From: an uncultured bacterium
Lineage (GTDB): Bacteria > Patescibacteriota > Minisyncoccia > UBA6257 > 2-01-FULL-56-20
Length of the DNA: 64,000 bases
Assembly: GCA_963719425.1 (NCBI GenBank)
Contig: OY970382.1
Span: 7,888-71,887 of the forward strand
Reading direction: 5' to 3'
This document shows, one piece after another, positions 1-8,633 of the stretch. Below the pieces are notes generated by a model. It saw nothing but the letters and a program-made list of their open reading frames with translations. It searched no databases and was not told where the DNA came from. The first letter of the stretch is position 1; each line of letters begins with the position of its first letter. Position numbers and translations under genes: made by a program.

Positions 1-121
1 ACGTCCGGAAGACGTGCTCAATAGCCCTGCCTTCCAGGCGTTAAAGCCCCCGTCGTTCCCGTTGCCTGGTCCGCAGACCTCCTCTGCCACGGGCCGTCCG
101 AATCCCTTCCTCCCACTCTAG
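1..121 (+). CDS. 3' end of a hypothetical protein, probably pilus-associated (partial)
   Basis: The frame from nt 2 reads RPEDVLNSPAFQALKPPSFPLPGPQTSSATGRPNPFLPL* and lies directly upstream of pilB. The GRxNPF tail resembles PilP-like proteins. Confidence 0.55.
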   Translation, partial: RPEDVLNSPAFQALKPPSFPLPGPQTSSATGRPNPFLPL

Positions 122-215
122 CGCGCCGTAGCAGTTTTTATTGGACGAGGCATCTATCCAGCCGCAGTTTCGCCAGGCGAAACTGCGGTTCCATGGATGT
201 GCTAAAATACAAGCA

Positions 216-1940
216 ATGACCTCCGACGAACTACTGACGCAACTGCAGGCGAAAGGGATCATTGATGCTGCGCTCGCGAACCGGATCAAGCGCGATGCGC
301 TCATAAGCGGAGAGCCCGTTGAAACGGTTATTGCGAAGCAACGGGCAGTTGACGACGTAAAAATCGCGGAGATTAAAAGTGAGCTGCTTAAGATTCCTTA
401 TAAGAAAGTTTTTCCCGCGGACGTTGATGCAAAGCTTTTTCAATTGATTTCAGAAGAGACCGCGAGGAGCTACGAGGTAATTCCCATTGCGCTCCAAGAT
501 AATCTTCTTGTGGTCGGCATGCTTCATCCCGATGATTCGAAATCCCAGGAAGTGCTAAAATTCATTGCGCGCCAGAATCATATGAATCTCGGCGCCTACC
601 TCGTCGCGTACGGCGATTGGGAAGCGGTGCTCCGAAGATATTCCCCGTATCGGACGGAGATCGCGAGGGCAGTTGAATCACTCACGGTGGGAGAAGAGGG
701 AAGCGTGCAGCGGACCGTGAGATTGGAAGATGCGGGAGGTAGCGAAGACGCCCCTGTCATTAAGATCGTGGCCGACACCTTCCGCGAGGCAGTCGAGAGC
801 AAGGCATCGGACATCCATATTGAACCGCAGCAGGGATTTCTTCGCATTCGCCTCCGCAATAACGGCGATCTTCATCAGGTGGCATCATTGCCGGTGCAGC
901 TTGCGCAGCCGATCGTTTCACGTGTCAAGGTCATTTCTAATTTAAAAATAGACGAGACAAGGATCCCGCAGGATGGCCGCTTCCGCGCGAAGATTTTTGA
1001 CCGCGACGTTGATTTCCGCGTGGCGACATTTCCCACGCCGCTCGGCGAGAAGGTCGCGATTCGGGTCCTCGACCCGACTACGGGACTCAAAAACTTTGAA
1101 AATCTTCCATTTCGCTACGGCAACCTGGAGGCAATAAAAGCGGGACTTGCAAAACCATTCGGGATGGTGCTCATCACGGGTCCGACTGGCTCGGGAAAAA
1201 CCACGACGCTCTACGCTTTCCTCCAGGCGCTGAACCAGGAAAATGTGAACATCGTAAGCTTGGAAGATCCGGTAGAATATTTCATTGCGGGCGTCAACCA
1301 ATCTCAAGTGCGCCCGGAGATCGGTTATGATTTCGCGTCGGGCTTGCGCCAGATCCTGCGGCAGGATCCGGACATCATTATGGTAGGCGAGATCCGCGAC
1401 AACGAGACCGCGGGGCTCGCGGTGCAGGCGGCGCTTACCGGCCACGTCGTACTCTCAACGCTCCACACGAACAATGCGGCGGGCGTGATTCCACGGCTTA
1501 TTGACATGAAGGTTGAGCCGTTCCTTCTCCCGGTTTCCCTCAATGTGATGATGGCGCAGCGCTTGGTGGGGGAACTCTGCCCCGATTGCAAGTTCCAGGA
1601 GGAAGCGTCGCCGGAGTTGCAGAAGGTTGTGAGAAGGACGTTGGAAAGCGTACGTCCGGAGTTCAAGGTGAAATATCCAGAGCCGTACAAGGTTTGGCAT
1701 ACGAAAGGGTGCGCCACCTGCAAGGGGAAGGGCATCGTGGGGCGTACCCCGATCTACGAGGTTTTCCGGATGACGCCGGCGCTGGAAGAAATCATTGCGA
1801 GCGGCAGCACTACTACCCAGAAGATTGTGAAGGAAGCGAAGAATCAGGGAATGGTCACGTTGCGCGAGGACGGCGTCATGAAGGCGCTTGACGGGATAGT
1901 GTCAATAGAAGAGGTGATACGGGAGACGGAGGAGGCATAG
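216..1940 (+). CDS. pilB: Type IV pilus assembly ATPase (PilB/GspE family)
   Basis: ASDIHIEP, RIPQDGR, Walker A GPTGSGKT, LRQDPDIIMVGEIRD, GHVVLSTLHTN and two CxxC pairs. Start placed at ATG 216, 7 nt after TGCTAAAAT. Confidence 0.93.
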   Translation: MTSDELLTQLQAKGIIDAALANRIKRDALISGEPVETVIAKQRAVDDVKIAEIKSELLKIPYKKVFPADVDAKLFQLISEETARSYEVIPIALQDNLLVVGMLHPDDSKSQEVLKFIARQNHMNLGAYLVAYGDWEAVLRRYSPYRTEIARAVESLTVGEEGSVQRTVRLEDAGGSEDAPVIKIVADTFREAVESKASDIHIEPQQGFLRIRLRNNGDLHQVASLPVQLAQPIVSRVKVISNLKIDETRIPQDGRFRAKIFDRDVDFRVATFPTPLGEKVAIRVLDPTTGLKNFENLPFRYGNLEAIKAGLAKPFGMVLITGPTGSGKTTTLYAFLQALNQENVNIVSLEDPVEYFIAGVNQSQVRPEIGYDFASGLRQILRQDPDIIMVGEIRDNETAGLAVQAALTGHVVLSTLHTNNAAGVIPRLIDMKVEPFLLPVSLNVMMAQRLVGELCPDCKFQEEASPELQKVVRRTLESVRPEFKVKYPEPYKVWHTKGCATCKGKGIVGRTPIYEVFRMTPALEEIIASGSTTTQKIVKEAKNQGMVTLREDGVMKALDGIVSIEEVIRETEEA

Positions 1941-2120
1941 CCTGCCTGCAGCAGTGTTTTGAAAAACCCTCTCCGGCCTCGCAAAAATCCGGCTCGCTCG
2001 TAACGAAAAAATGCTGCCCTGGTCGCTGCTCCCGGGCACCCGGCATTTTTTCTATTCGCTCGCGGATTTTTTCGCTCGGCCTCCGCACGGTTCTTCAAAA
2101 CACTGCCGCAGGCAGGGCTA
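1938..2120. repeat. ~180-nt imperfect long inverted repeat (hairpin)
   Basis: tagcctgcctgcagcagtgttttgaaaaacc pairs with ggttcttcaaaacactgccgcaggcagggcta. Nested inner arms are aaaaatccg/cggattttt and gaaaaaatgctg/cggcattttttc. Confidence 0.85.
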
Positions 2121-2163
2121 CACCCACTTCCTCATTTTTATATTACAGTTTCGACGCACCCCG

Positions 2164-2189
2164 AATCGTTCGAATCCTGTCCTGCGCAC
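2164..2189 (+). repeat. tRNA-3'-end-like site (type A), first site of the putative cassette array
   Basis: aatcgttcgaatcctgtcctgcgcac contains a T-loop-like GTTCGAATCC and ends in GCAC. It is similar to 13039-13060. Confidence 0.55.
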
Positions 2190-2490
2190 GTTTGACAGCG
2201 GCTTAGGATGGCGTTATTGTATTAGTGGCACAGGGAAGATCGTGCCGACGTTAACCTGGTGAACGAGGTGTTGTCATGAAGCGAAATCGTTGTGCTTTGA
2301 AGCGAAGCAAGCTGGTCCTGAATTCCGGTTCCTGACGTTCGCTCGGCACGTGATAAGTCTGGACGGGAGGGAGAAGGAAAGAAAGATCTCCTTCTTCCTC
2401 CCTACAGAATAATTTCCGCAAATAAACCTGAAAGGGCTTTTTTATTTTATACATGCCGTGAGCTCGGTTAAATAATTTGCCTTGGACCAT

Positions 2491-2523
2491 AAAATCGTTC
2501 GAAGATCGTCCAGGCCCGTGCGC
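2491..2523 (+). repeat. 33-bp dispersed repeat, copy 1 (type B)
   Basis: aaaatcgttcgaagatcgtccaggcccgtgcgc; the first 31 nt are identical to the copy at 13729. Confidence 0.9.
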
Positions 2524-2540
2524 TTTGGTACAATTAAATC

Positions 2541-3221
2541 GTGAACAATAGAGGGTTTGCATTGCTTGAAATCCTAATTGTGGTCATCGTGATTGGCCTA
2601 TTGGCTGGAGGAGGGTGGTATGTGGCTCATTTACAAAATCGGCAATCCGCGATTACTACAGGACTTAATGCGGAGCAGCAAGCGCAGAACGTAGTACGGC
2701 AAGCAAACCGGCAAACACAGCAGGAGCAAAATGCAGTGAATCAAACCACCGAGGTTACGAGTTCGATGACAACTCCAGTCATAACCCCTAGCCAGAATCG
2801 CAGTGGTCTAAGCCTCGCCTCAGGAGATAATGTAGGCATGATTCTTACCGATCCGCTAGGACGACGTACTGGATATGATGTGGTAAGTGGAAAAGAAGTA
2901 AGGCAGATTCCAAATAGCAGTTATTCTTCAGAAGCCATAAGCAGCAGCGAAAACCCTAGTTATATTCCTCCTACAGGTTACTTTATCGACATAAATCAGC
3001 CAATGGACGGCGACTACGAACTTACGTTAATTGGGAATCAAGGCATAATCGGCAGCACGAGTACGAATAATTACGACCTACAAATGAGCACCTTTTTTAG
3101 TGACGGCTTAGATCAATCAGACGACGAACTTACGGGAAGGCTCTTAAACAACCAAGCGACCTTCCATATTCATTTCGTTGCATCGCCGGATAGCAGTTCT
3201 ACCATCCAGGCCACGGAATAA
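2541..3221 (+). CDS. Pilin-like protein with prepilin N-terminal motif
   Basis: MNNRG^FALLEILIVVIVIGLLAGG matches the class III signal (G|FxxxE plus hydrophobic helix). The gene is AT-richer than its flanks and the GTG start lies 6 nt after TGGTACAAT. Confidence 0.75.
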   Translation: MNNRGFALLEILIVVIVIGLLAGGGWYVAHLQNRQSAITTGLNAEQQAQNVVRQANRQTQQEQNAVNQTTEVTSSMTTPVITPSQNRSGLSLASGDNVGMILTDPLGRRTGYDVVSGKEVRQIPNSSYSSEAISSSENPSYIPPTGYFIDINQPMDGDYELTLIGNQGIIGSTSTNNYDLQMSTFFSDGLDQSDDELTGRLLNNQATFHIHFVASPDSSSTIQATE

Positions 3222-3252
3222 TATCATTCGAAAATCGTCCACGCCCGCGCAC
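3220..3252 (+). repeat. 33-bp dispersed repeat, copy 2
   Basis: aatatcattcgaaaatcgtccacgcccgcgcac, overlapping the stop codon of 2541..3221. Confidence 0.8.
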
Positions 3253-3339
3253 GAGAAACAGTTAAAAAATAAGTGAGCCGTTGGACACGGAGGTATCCAA
3301 CGGCTCCACACAAAAATCCTACAACATTTCCCGAAATCG

Positions 3340-3990
3340 TTATCCCCTGGGCACTCGGAGCTGGTTGATAAGCCAAAGCACCTCCTGCGTCATACCATCA
3401 ATCCCACCCGGAGGGATGACGGGACCCTTTGTTGTCATGATCACGTACAGCGGCCGATCCATAATGAATGGCTCCATTGGGATGTTCGTGCCGTTGTCTT
3501 TTGAGAATCCCTCCCCGAGTTCGGCTGCCCCGAGCATCAGCAATCCCTCAAGCTTCTCCTTGGTGAGGCCATACCGTTCGGGCCCGCCAGTGAAAACGGC
3601 GTAGAAGTAAGCTCTCCGCACATCAGGCATGAGTATCTTCCATCCTTCCTTCGGACGTGCCGGATCAAGGAGGGGCTTTGCATAATGCCGAGCTTCGGCT
3701 TCCATGAGCGCAATAGCCACGCTATTCTCTAAAGCATCTTTCCCGAAGCTAACCCGTACCTGCGAGGTGCCATTCCTAAGTGAATCGTACTGGTGCGAGT
3801 AACCAACCACTTGATCGGCTAGAGTTAGATTGCCCTTCCTCATCTCGTTCACGAGAAATTGGACGTGGGCAACCCTTTGCTTGTCTTCTCTGGCCTTTTG
3901 GTATTTCAGCAAGGCGGGAAAGCCGATGATGTAGGTGGCAATGACGAAAATCACCAGGACAATACTTGCGACTACACCCTTCTTTCGCAT
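3340..3990 (-). CDS. Hypothetical membrane-anchored protein
   Basis: MRKKGVVASIVLVIFVIATYIIGFPALL forms an N-terminal TM or signal segment. GAGGAG lies upstream of ATG 3990. Confidence 0.65.
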   Translation of the reverse strand: MRKKGVVASIVLVIFVIATYIIGFPALLKYQKAREDKQRVAHVQFLVNEMRKGNLTLADQVVGYSHQYDSLRNGTSQVRVSFGKDALENSVAIALMEAEARHYAKPLLDPARPKEGWKILMPDVRRAYFYAVFTGGPERYGLTKEKLEGLLMLGAAELGEGFSKDNGTNIPMEPFIMDRPLYVIMTTKGPVIPPGGIDGMTQEVLWLINQLRVPRG

Positions 3991-4126
3991 GTTCTTTTTC
4001 TCCTCTCGGTTTAGTAGGTTTCCGATCCTGTGGGGTATTTTGAGCAACAAGGACCTTATACATAATAGCATTTATAATAACATATGTCAAGCCGGAATAA
4101 AACAGGCCTGTTTTTGGCTAAAAGCC

Positions 4127-4159
4127 AAAAGTGTTCGAAAATTGTCCAGGCTCGTGCAC
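4127..4159 (+). repeat. 33-bp dispersed repeat, copy 3
   Basis: aaaagtgttcgaaaattgtccaggctcgtgcac. Confidence 0.8.
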
Positions 4160-4230
4160 GAAACAATCGGCTCGGTAATTATTATTAAACGCCACTTGTT
4201 CCTTTGCTGCCGAAGGGATATTCTGAGCGA

Positions 4231-4719
4231 ATGACATTCGATTGGAAAAAGCTGTTCATAGTCGCATATTCCAAGGCACAAGAGAGCACGAATCCATCTA
4301 CGCAAAACGGGGCTGTTTTGGTCAATGAATCTGGAGATATTGTTATGGTCGCAGCGAATACTTTTCCCGAAGGTATCAAGGAAATTCCGGAGCGGCGGGT
4401 CAAACCGTTGCGATATGTATTCAGCGTGCACGCCGAAAGAAATGCGATTTATCAAGCCGCGAAAGTTGGTGTCAAAACAAATGGTCTTACTATGGTTTGT
4501 TGTTGGGGTGCATGTACCGACTGCGCTCAAGCAATAATTCAATCGGGCATCAAACGGTTAGTCGTGCACAAGCAAGCCCTTGATCGATCTGGGAGTTGGC
4601 AGGAGAACATACGTTTAGCCTTTGATATGCTACGCGAAGCGGGCGTGGAAATTGTTGTTTATGACGGAAAAATTGGCATAGGAAAAATCCTGCGCGACAG
4701 AGCGCATTGGGAACCTTGA
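4231..4719 (+). CDS. Zn-dependent cytidine/dCMP deaminase family protein (ComEB/dCMP deaminase-like)
   Basis: STNPSTQNGAVLV, HAERNAI and ACTDCAQAIIQSGIK (variant of HxE...PCxxC). Confidence 0.85.
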   Translation: MTFDWKKLFIVAYSKAQESTNPSTQNGAVLVNESGDIVMVAANTFPEGIKEIPERRVKPLRYVFSVHAERNAIYQAAKVGVKTNGLTMVCCWGACTDCAQAIIQSGIKRLVVHKQALDRSGSWQENIRLAFDMLREAGVEIVVYDGKIGIGKILRDRAHWEP

Positions 4720-4745
4720 TAATTCAATAGTTTGTGATAACCGTC

Positions 4746-4778
4746 AAAATCGCTCAAAGATCGTCCAGGTCGGCGCGC
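4746..4778 (+). repeat. 33-bp dispersed repeat, copy 4 (degenerate)
   Basis: aaaatcgctcaaagatcgtccaggtcggcgcgc, just upstream of pilT. Confidence 0.75.
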
Positions 4779-4820
4779 GGCCGTTTCCCTTTGTGGTATA
4801 CTTTAGAAAAAGAACCACCC

Positions 4821-5897
4821 ATGGCGGAAGATTATAAGACGAGATTGAATGAGCTTTTGACGACGTGCGCGAAGCAGAGCGCTTCCGATTTGCACCTCGC
4901 GGTCGGACGGCGGCCGACATTACGTATTGACGGCACCCTTGTGCCGCTTCAGAAGGAGCCTATTATGACGCCCGAGGTTGCGGAAGGCATCATTTCGGAG
5001 CTTACCACCACGGAGCAGAGGGAGAGACTTATTACCCAGCGGCAGCTTGACCTCGCCTATAGTTTTGAGGACAAAGCGCGGTTCCGTGTGAATGTCTATT
5101 ACCAGCGCGGCTACCTCGCGGCAGCGCTACGCCTCGTGCCCGCGCGCATCAGGACGATTGAGGAATTGAACCTCCCGCCCCTTCTCCACGATTTCAGCAA
5201 ACTGTCGCAGGGATTCGTCCTCGCCGTAGGTCCCGCAGGACACGGGAAGTCATCAACGCTCGCGGCAGTCCTTGACGAAGTGAACCACACCCGGGCCGAC
5301 CACATCATTACCATTGAGGATCCGGTTGAATATCTTTTTACGCAGGATAAATGCATCGTTTCACAGCGCGAAATAGGAAGCGATGCAGTGAGCTTTCATA
5401 GCGCCCTGCGCACCGTTCTGCGGCAGGACCCGGACGTCATCATGATCGGCGAAATGCGCGACACTGTTTCCATTTCTACCGCAATGACGGCAGCGGAAAC
5501 AGGGCACCTGGTATTTTCCACGCTGCACACGAACTCCGCGTCGCAGACGATCGATCGCATTATTGATTCTTTTCCGGCTGAGCAGCAGGGGCAGGTGACC
5601 TCCCAGCTCGCGGCGACCTTGGTCGCGATTGTTTCTGAGCGTCTCTTGCCGAGAATCTCCGGTGGCCGCATCCCATCCATGGAAATTATGATTGTGAATC
5701 CGGCCATTCGGAACCTTATCCGCGAGCGGAAAACGTATCAGGTTGATCTCGTGATTGAGACTTCGTTGCAGGAGGGCATGGTGACGCTGAACCGCTCGCT
5801 TGTGAATCTCATAAAAAACAAGGAAGTAACGCTCGAGAATGCCGAACTCTATTCATTGAATCCGGCGGAACTTCGGATTCTCCTTGAACGGACATAA
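4821..5897 (+). CDS. pilT: Type IV pilus retraction ATPase PilT
   Basis: ASDLHL, RFRVNVY, GPAGHGKS, TIEDPVEY, LRQDPDVIMIGEMRD, AETGHLVFSTLHTNS, AIRNLIRE. Confidence 0.93.
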   Translation: MAEDYKTRLNELLTTCAKQSASDLHLAVGRRPTLRIDGTLVPLQKEPIMTPEVAEGIISELTTTEQRERLITQRQLDLAYSFEDKARFRVNVYYQRGYLAAALRLVPARIRTIEELNLPPLLHDFSKLSQGFVLAVGPAGHGKSSTLAAVLDEVNHTRADHIITIEDPVEYLFTQDKCIVSQREIGSDAVSFHSALRTVLRQDPDVIMIGEMRDTVSISTAMTAAETGHLVFSTLHTNSASQTIDRIIDSFPAEQQGQVTSQLAATLVAIVSERLLPRISGGRIPSMEIMIVNPAIRNLIRERKTYQVDLVIETSLQEGMVTLNRSLVNLIKNKEVTLENAELYSLNPAELRILLERT

Positions 5898-5899
5898 TA

Positions 5900-7111
5900 A
5901 TGAGATTTAAGTATCAGGCCAAAACTAAGGAAGGGGAGATGCAGGTCGGGCTCGTAGAGGCAGGGAACCGCGATGGTGCCGTGAGTATTCTCACAAGCCA
6001 CGATCTCTTCATTTTGAGCGTGGAACCTGAAGAAAAGATGGGCTTTCTTGACCGAATCTCCTCATTTTTGAACCGCGTTCGCCGCAAGGATATGATCGTC
6101 TTCACGCGCCAACTCGCGACGCTCCTTGAGGCAAGGGTTCCTTTGAATAATGCGTTGAAGACCCTGCGCGACCAGACGGCGAATAGAATTCTCCAAGATG
6201 TGGTTACGCGGGTTTCTGAAGATATTGACGCAGGCCTTGCATTTTCCCAGGCGATGGAGCGGCAGGAGGGAGTATTCCCCGATTTCTACATCGAGATGGT
6301 ACGGGCTGCGGAGGTGACCGGAAATATGAACGAAGTTGTGGAATTCCTTGCTGATTATAGCGAGAAGGAAGGGACCCTCATGAGCAAAGTGGTCTCGGCC
6401 CTCATTTATCCCGCGATCGTGATAGCACTTTTTCTCGTGGTTGCTTTCATCCTCGTCACCTTTGTGTTTCCGTCTATCGGGACGGTGTTCTCCCAGAATG
6501 ATGTGCAACTGCCATGGTTTACGCAGGCGCTCCTCTCGGTGGGGAGTTTCATGGCGCAATGGTGGATTGTCGTTGTGGTCGCCGCGATCGTTCTCGGGGT
6601 GGCCCTCGTCGATTATTTTGAGACTGTCGAGGGGAAAGCGCTCCTGGACGATCTGAAGATCCGGTTACCCATCGCGAAGAAGATATATATTCCCGTCATC
6701 ATGGCGCGCTTCGGGAATTCGGCGGCGCTTCTCGTCCACGGCGGCATTCCCATCGCGCAGTCGCTGGAGATCATCAGCCGTATGGTAGGGAACACGCTCT
6801 ATGAGGATATTATCCACGACATCGCCGGCGATGTGCGCCAAGGAAAACTCCTTTCCGAGAGCATCGCGAGCCATCCAAGATTTTTTCCAACGATCGTTTC
6901 CCAAATGGTTGCGGTGGGCGAGACGACCGGGAAAACCGAGGAAATGTTTGCTCGGCTTGCGAGCATTTATATGCGGGAGACCGACCTGGTTTCAAATAAT
7001 CTCGTCGAGCTCATTCAACCCATCTTGATGGTGGGGATGGGCGTTATGGTCGGACTCCTTTTTGCCTCCATTCTTGTTCCTATCTATAGCCTGTCGGCGA
7101 ATATCCACTAG
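5900..7111 (+). CDS. pilC: Type IV pilus inner-membrane platform protein (PilC/GspF)
   Basis: FTRQLATLL, two GspF-like repeats, ALIYP, MVAVGETTG and TM helices. Confidence 0.92.
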   Translation: MRFKYQAKTKEGEMQVGLVEAGNRDGAVSILTSHDLFILSVEPEEKMGFLDRISSFLNRVRRKDMIVFTRQLATLLEARVPLNNALKTLRDQTANRILQDVVTRVSEDIDAGLAFSQAMERQEGVFPDFYIEMVRAAEVTGNMNEVVEFLADYSEKEGTLMSKVVSALIYPAIVIALFLVVAFILVTFVFPSIGTVFSQNDVQLPWFTQALLSVGSFMAQWWIVVVVAAIVLGVALVDYFETVEGKALLDDLKIRLPIAKKIYIPVIMARFGNSAALLVHGGIPIAQSLEIISRMVGNTLYEDIIHDIAGDVRQGKLLSESIASHPRFFPTIVSQMVAVGETTGKTEEMFARLASIYMRETDLVSNNLVELIQPILMVGMGVMVGLLFASILVPIYSLSANIH

Positions 7112-7182
7112 CCTTTTCCCCCAGATTAGTTATCCACAGGGAGCGGCTTGCCACAGGTTCCCATATTGTTATAATTGTTGTA

Positions 7183-7746
7183 ATGGAACTGATGGTTGGC
7201 AGAGAAAGCAGAGAAAAACGAGGCTTTACCCTCATCGAAATCCTGGTCGTTGTCGCCATTATTGCGGTTTTGGCATCAGTGGTTTTGGTCGGTTTGGGCC
7301 CGACCCAACAGACGGCGCGCGATGCGCGCAGGCTTTCCGACATCCGGGAAGTGCAGAACGCCCTTGAGCTTTACTACTATAAGTGCGGTTACTATCCTGG
7401 CAGCGCGTCCGGCGGTACTTGCGCGGCGGGCAGTCCCGGCAGCGATTGGAACGGCTTAGCGGGTACACTTGGGGGCGCGAACATTGGCGTTAGTGCGAGT
7501 TCTATACCGTCTGACCCTAGCGCAAATCGGACGTATGGGTATGCGTATAACACGGGCAATACTACGTACGTGCTCGGCGCGGCGCTTGAGAACCCGAACA
7601 ACAGCGTACTCACGAGTTACAGTGCGCCATCTACCAGTGGGTATACTTGGGTGCCGAGCGGCGGCAGTGCGATCGGCCCGAATGCGTCCTGCAGCGGGCA
7701 GCCTACGAATAGCGGCAGCGGAGCTACCTATTGCATCTCGCTCTGA
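7183..7746 (+). CDS. Type IV pilin / GspG-like protein (probable major pilin)
   Basis: RG^FTLIEILVVVAIIAVLASVV, ARDARRLSDI..Q.ALELYY, PSDP. Confidence 0.85.
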   Translation: MELMVGRESREKRGFTLIEILVVVAIIAVLASVVLVGLGPTQQTARDARRLSDIREVQNALELYYYKCGYYPGSASGGTCAAGSPGSDWNGLAGTLGGANIGVSASSIPSDPSANRTYGYAYNTGNTTYVLGAALENPNNSVLTSYSAPSTSGYTWVPSGGSAIGPNASCSGQPTNSGSGATYCISL

Positions 7747-7796
7747 TAGTTTTTTAGGGATGCGGTTTTGCATCGCATGCGTGGTAGAATAGCATC

Positions 7797-8633
7797 ATGC
7801 TTTCCGCCACCATCCTTTTCCTCTGCGGCCTCGCGGTCGGAAGTTTTATGAATGTTCTCGCCTTGCGGTATGACGGCGGGCATTTTTTATTTGACCCGAA
7901 GGTGATCGGCGGCCGTTCGCACTGCCCCCACTGCGGGCGCACCCTCGGCTGGTCCGAGCTCATCCCCATCGCAAGCTTTTTCGTTCAACGGGGGAAATGC
8001 AAACACTGCGGGGTGCCCATCGGGCTTCACTACCCGCTCGTGGAATTACTTTCGGGACTTGTTTTTGTATTTGTGCCGCTTTGGCTTGGGGGAGATTTCT
8101 TCCTTTCGGTGCTTTGGATCGCGGCATTGGAAGCATTACTCCTCGTCGCCTACATTGATATCCGCCTCCAAATCGTGCCGGACGAACTGAATATCATGCT
8201 CGCGATCGTCGCCATTTTTGCAGCCATTTTTTCCGTCGGGTATCTCGGCCCGGCGAACCATTCCTTTCTCGGCCCCTATGCGGCACCGTTCGGTTTGCAG
8301 AATAATTTTTGGGCGAGCCATCTTATCGGCGCTCTCTTTGGCGGAGCATTTTTCGGCGCGTTGGTTCTCATAACCCATAGGAAGGGCATGGGGGTAGGCG
8401 ATGTGAAGCTTGGCCTCCCACTCGGCTTGCTTTTTGGCTGGCCGGACATTCTTCTTCTCTATGGATCGGCCTTTGTCATCGGCGCGCTCGTTGGCGCGGT
8501 GCTGCTTCTCGAAAAGAAGAAAACCATGAAAAGCGCCCTGCCCTTCGCACCATTTCTCGCGCTTGGGGCTGCCTTTGTTTTTTTCTTCGGTGCCGCCGCT
8601 CTTGGATGGTATTTTCGTATAATAGGTCTATGA
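7797..8633 (+). CDS. pilD: Prepilin peptidase (A24 family)
   Basis: GSFMNV, RSHCPHC...GKCKHC, YP.VE, DIR..IVPD, MGVGDVKL, PFAPFL. Confidence 0.92.
   Translation: MLSATILFLCGLAVGSFMNVLALRYDGGHFLFDPKVIGGRSHCPHCGRTLGWSELIPIASFFVQRGKCKHCGVPIGLHYPLVELLSGLVFVFVPLWLGGDFFLSVLWIAALEALLLVAYIDIRLQIVPDELNIMLAIVAIFAAIFSVGYLGPANHSFLGPYAAPFGLQNNFWASHLIGALFGGAFFGALVLITHRKGMGVGDVKLGLPLGLLFGWPDILLLYGSAFVIGALVGAVLLLEKKKTMKSALPFAPFLALGAAFVFFFGAAALGWYFRIIGL

Noticed and set aside
2491-4778. 33-bp repeats as a CRISPR array
   Set aside because: The intervals are 600-900 nt and contain whole genes, the copies are degenerate, and there are no cas genes.
7130-7138. Replication origin
   Set aside because: There is one DnaA box only, with no cluster, no AT-rich unwinding element and no dnaA nearby.
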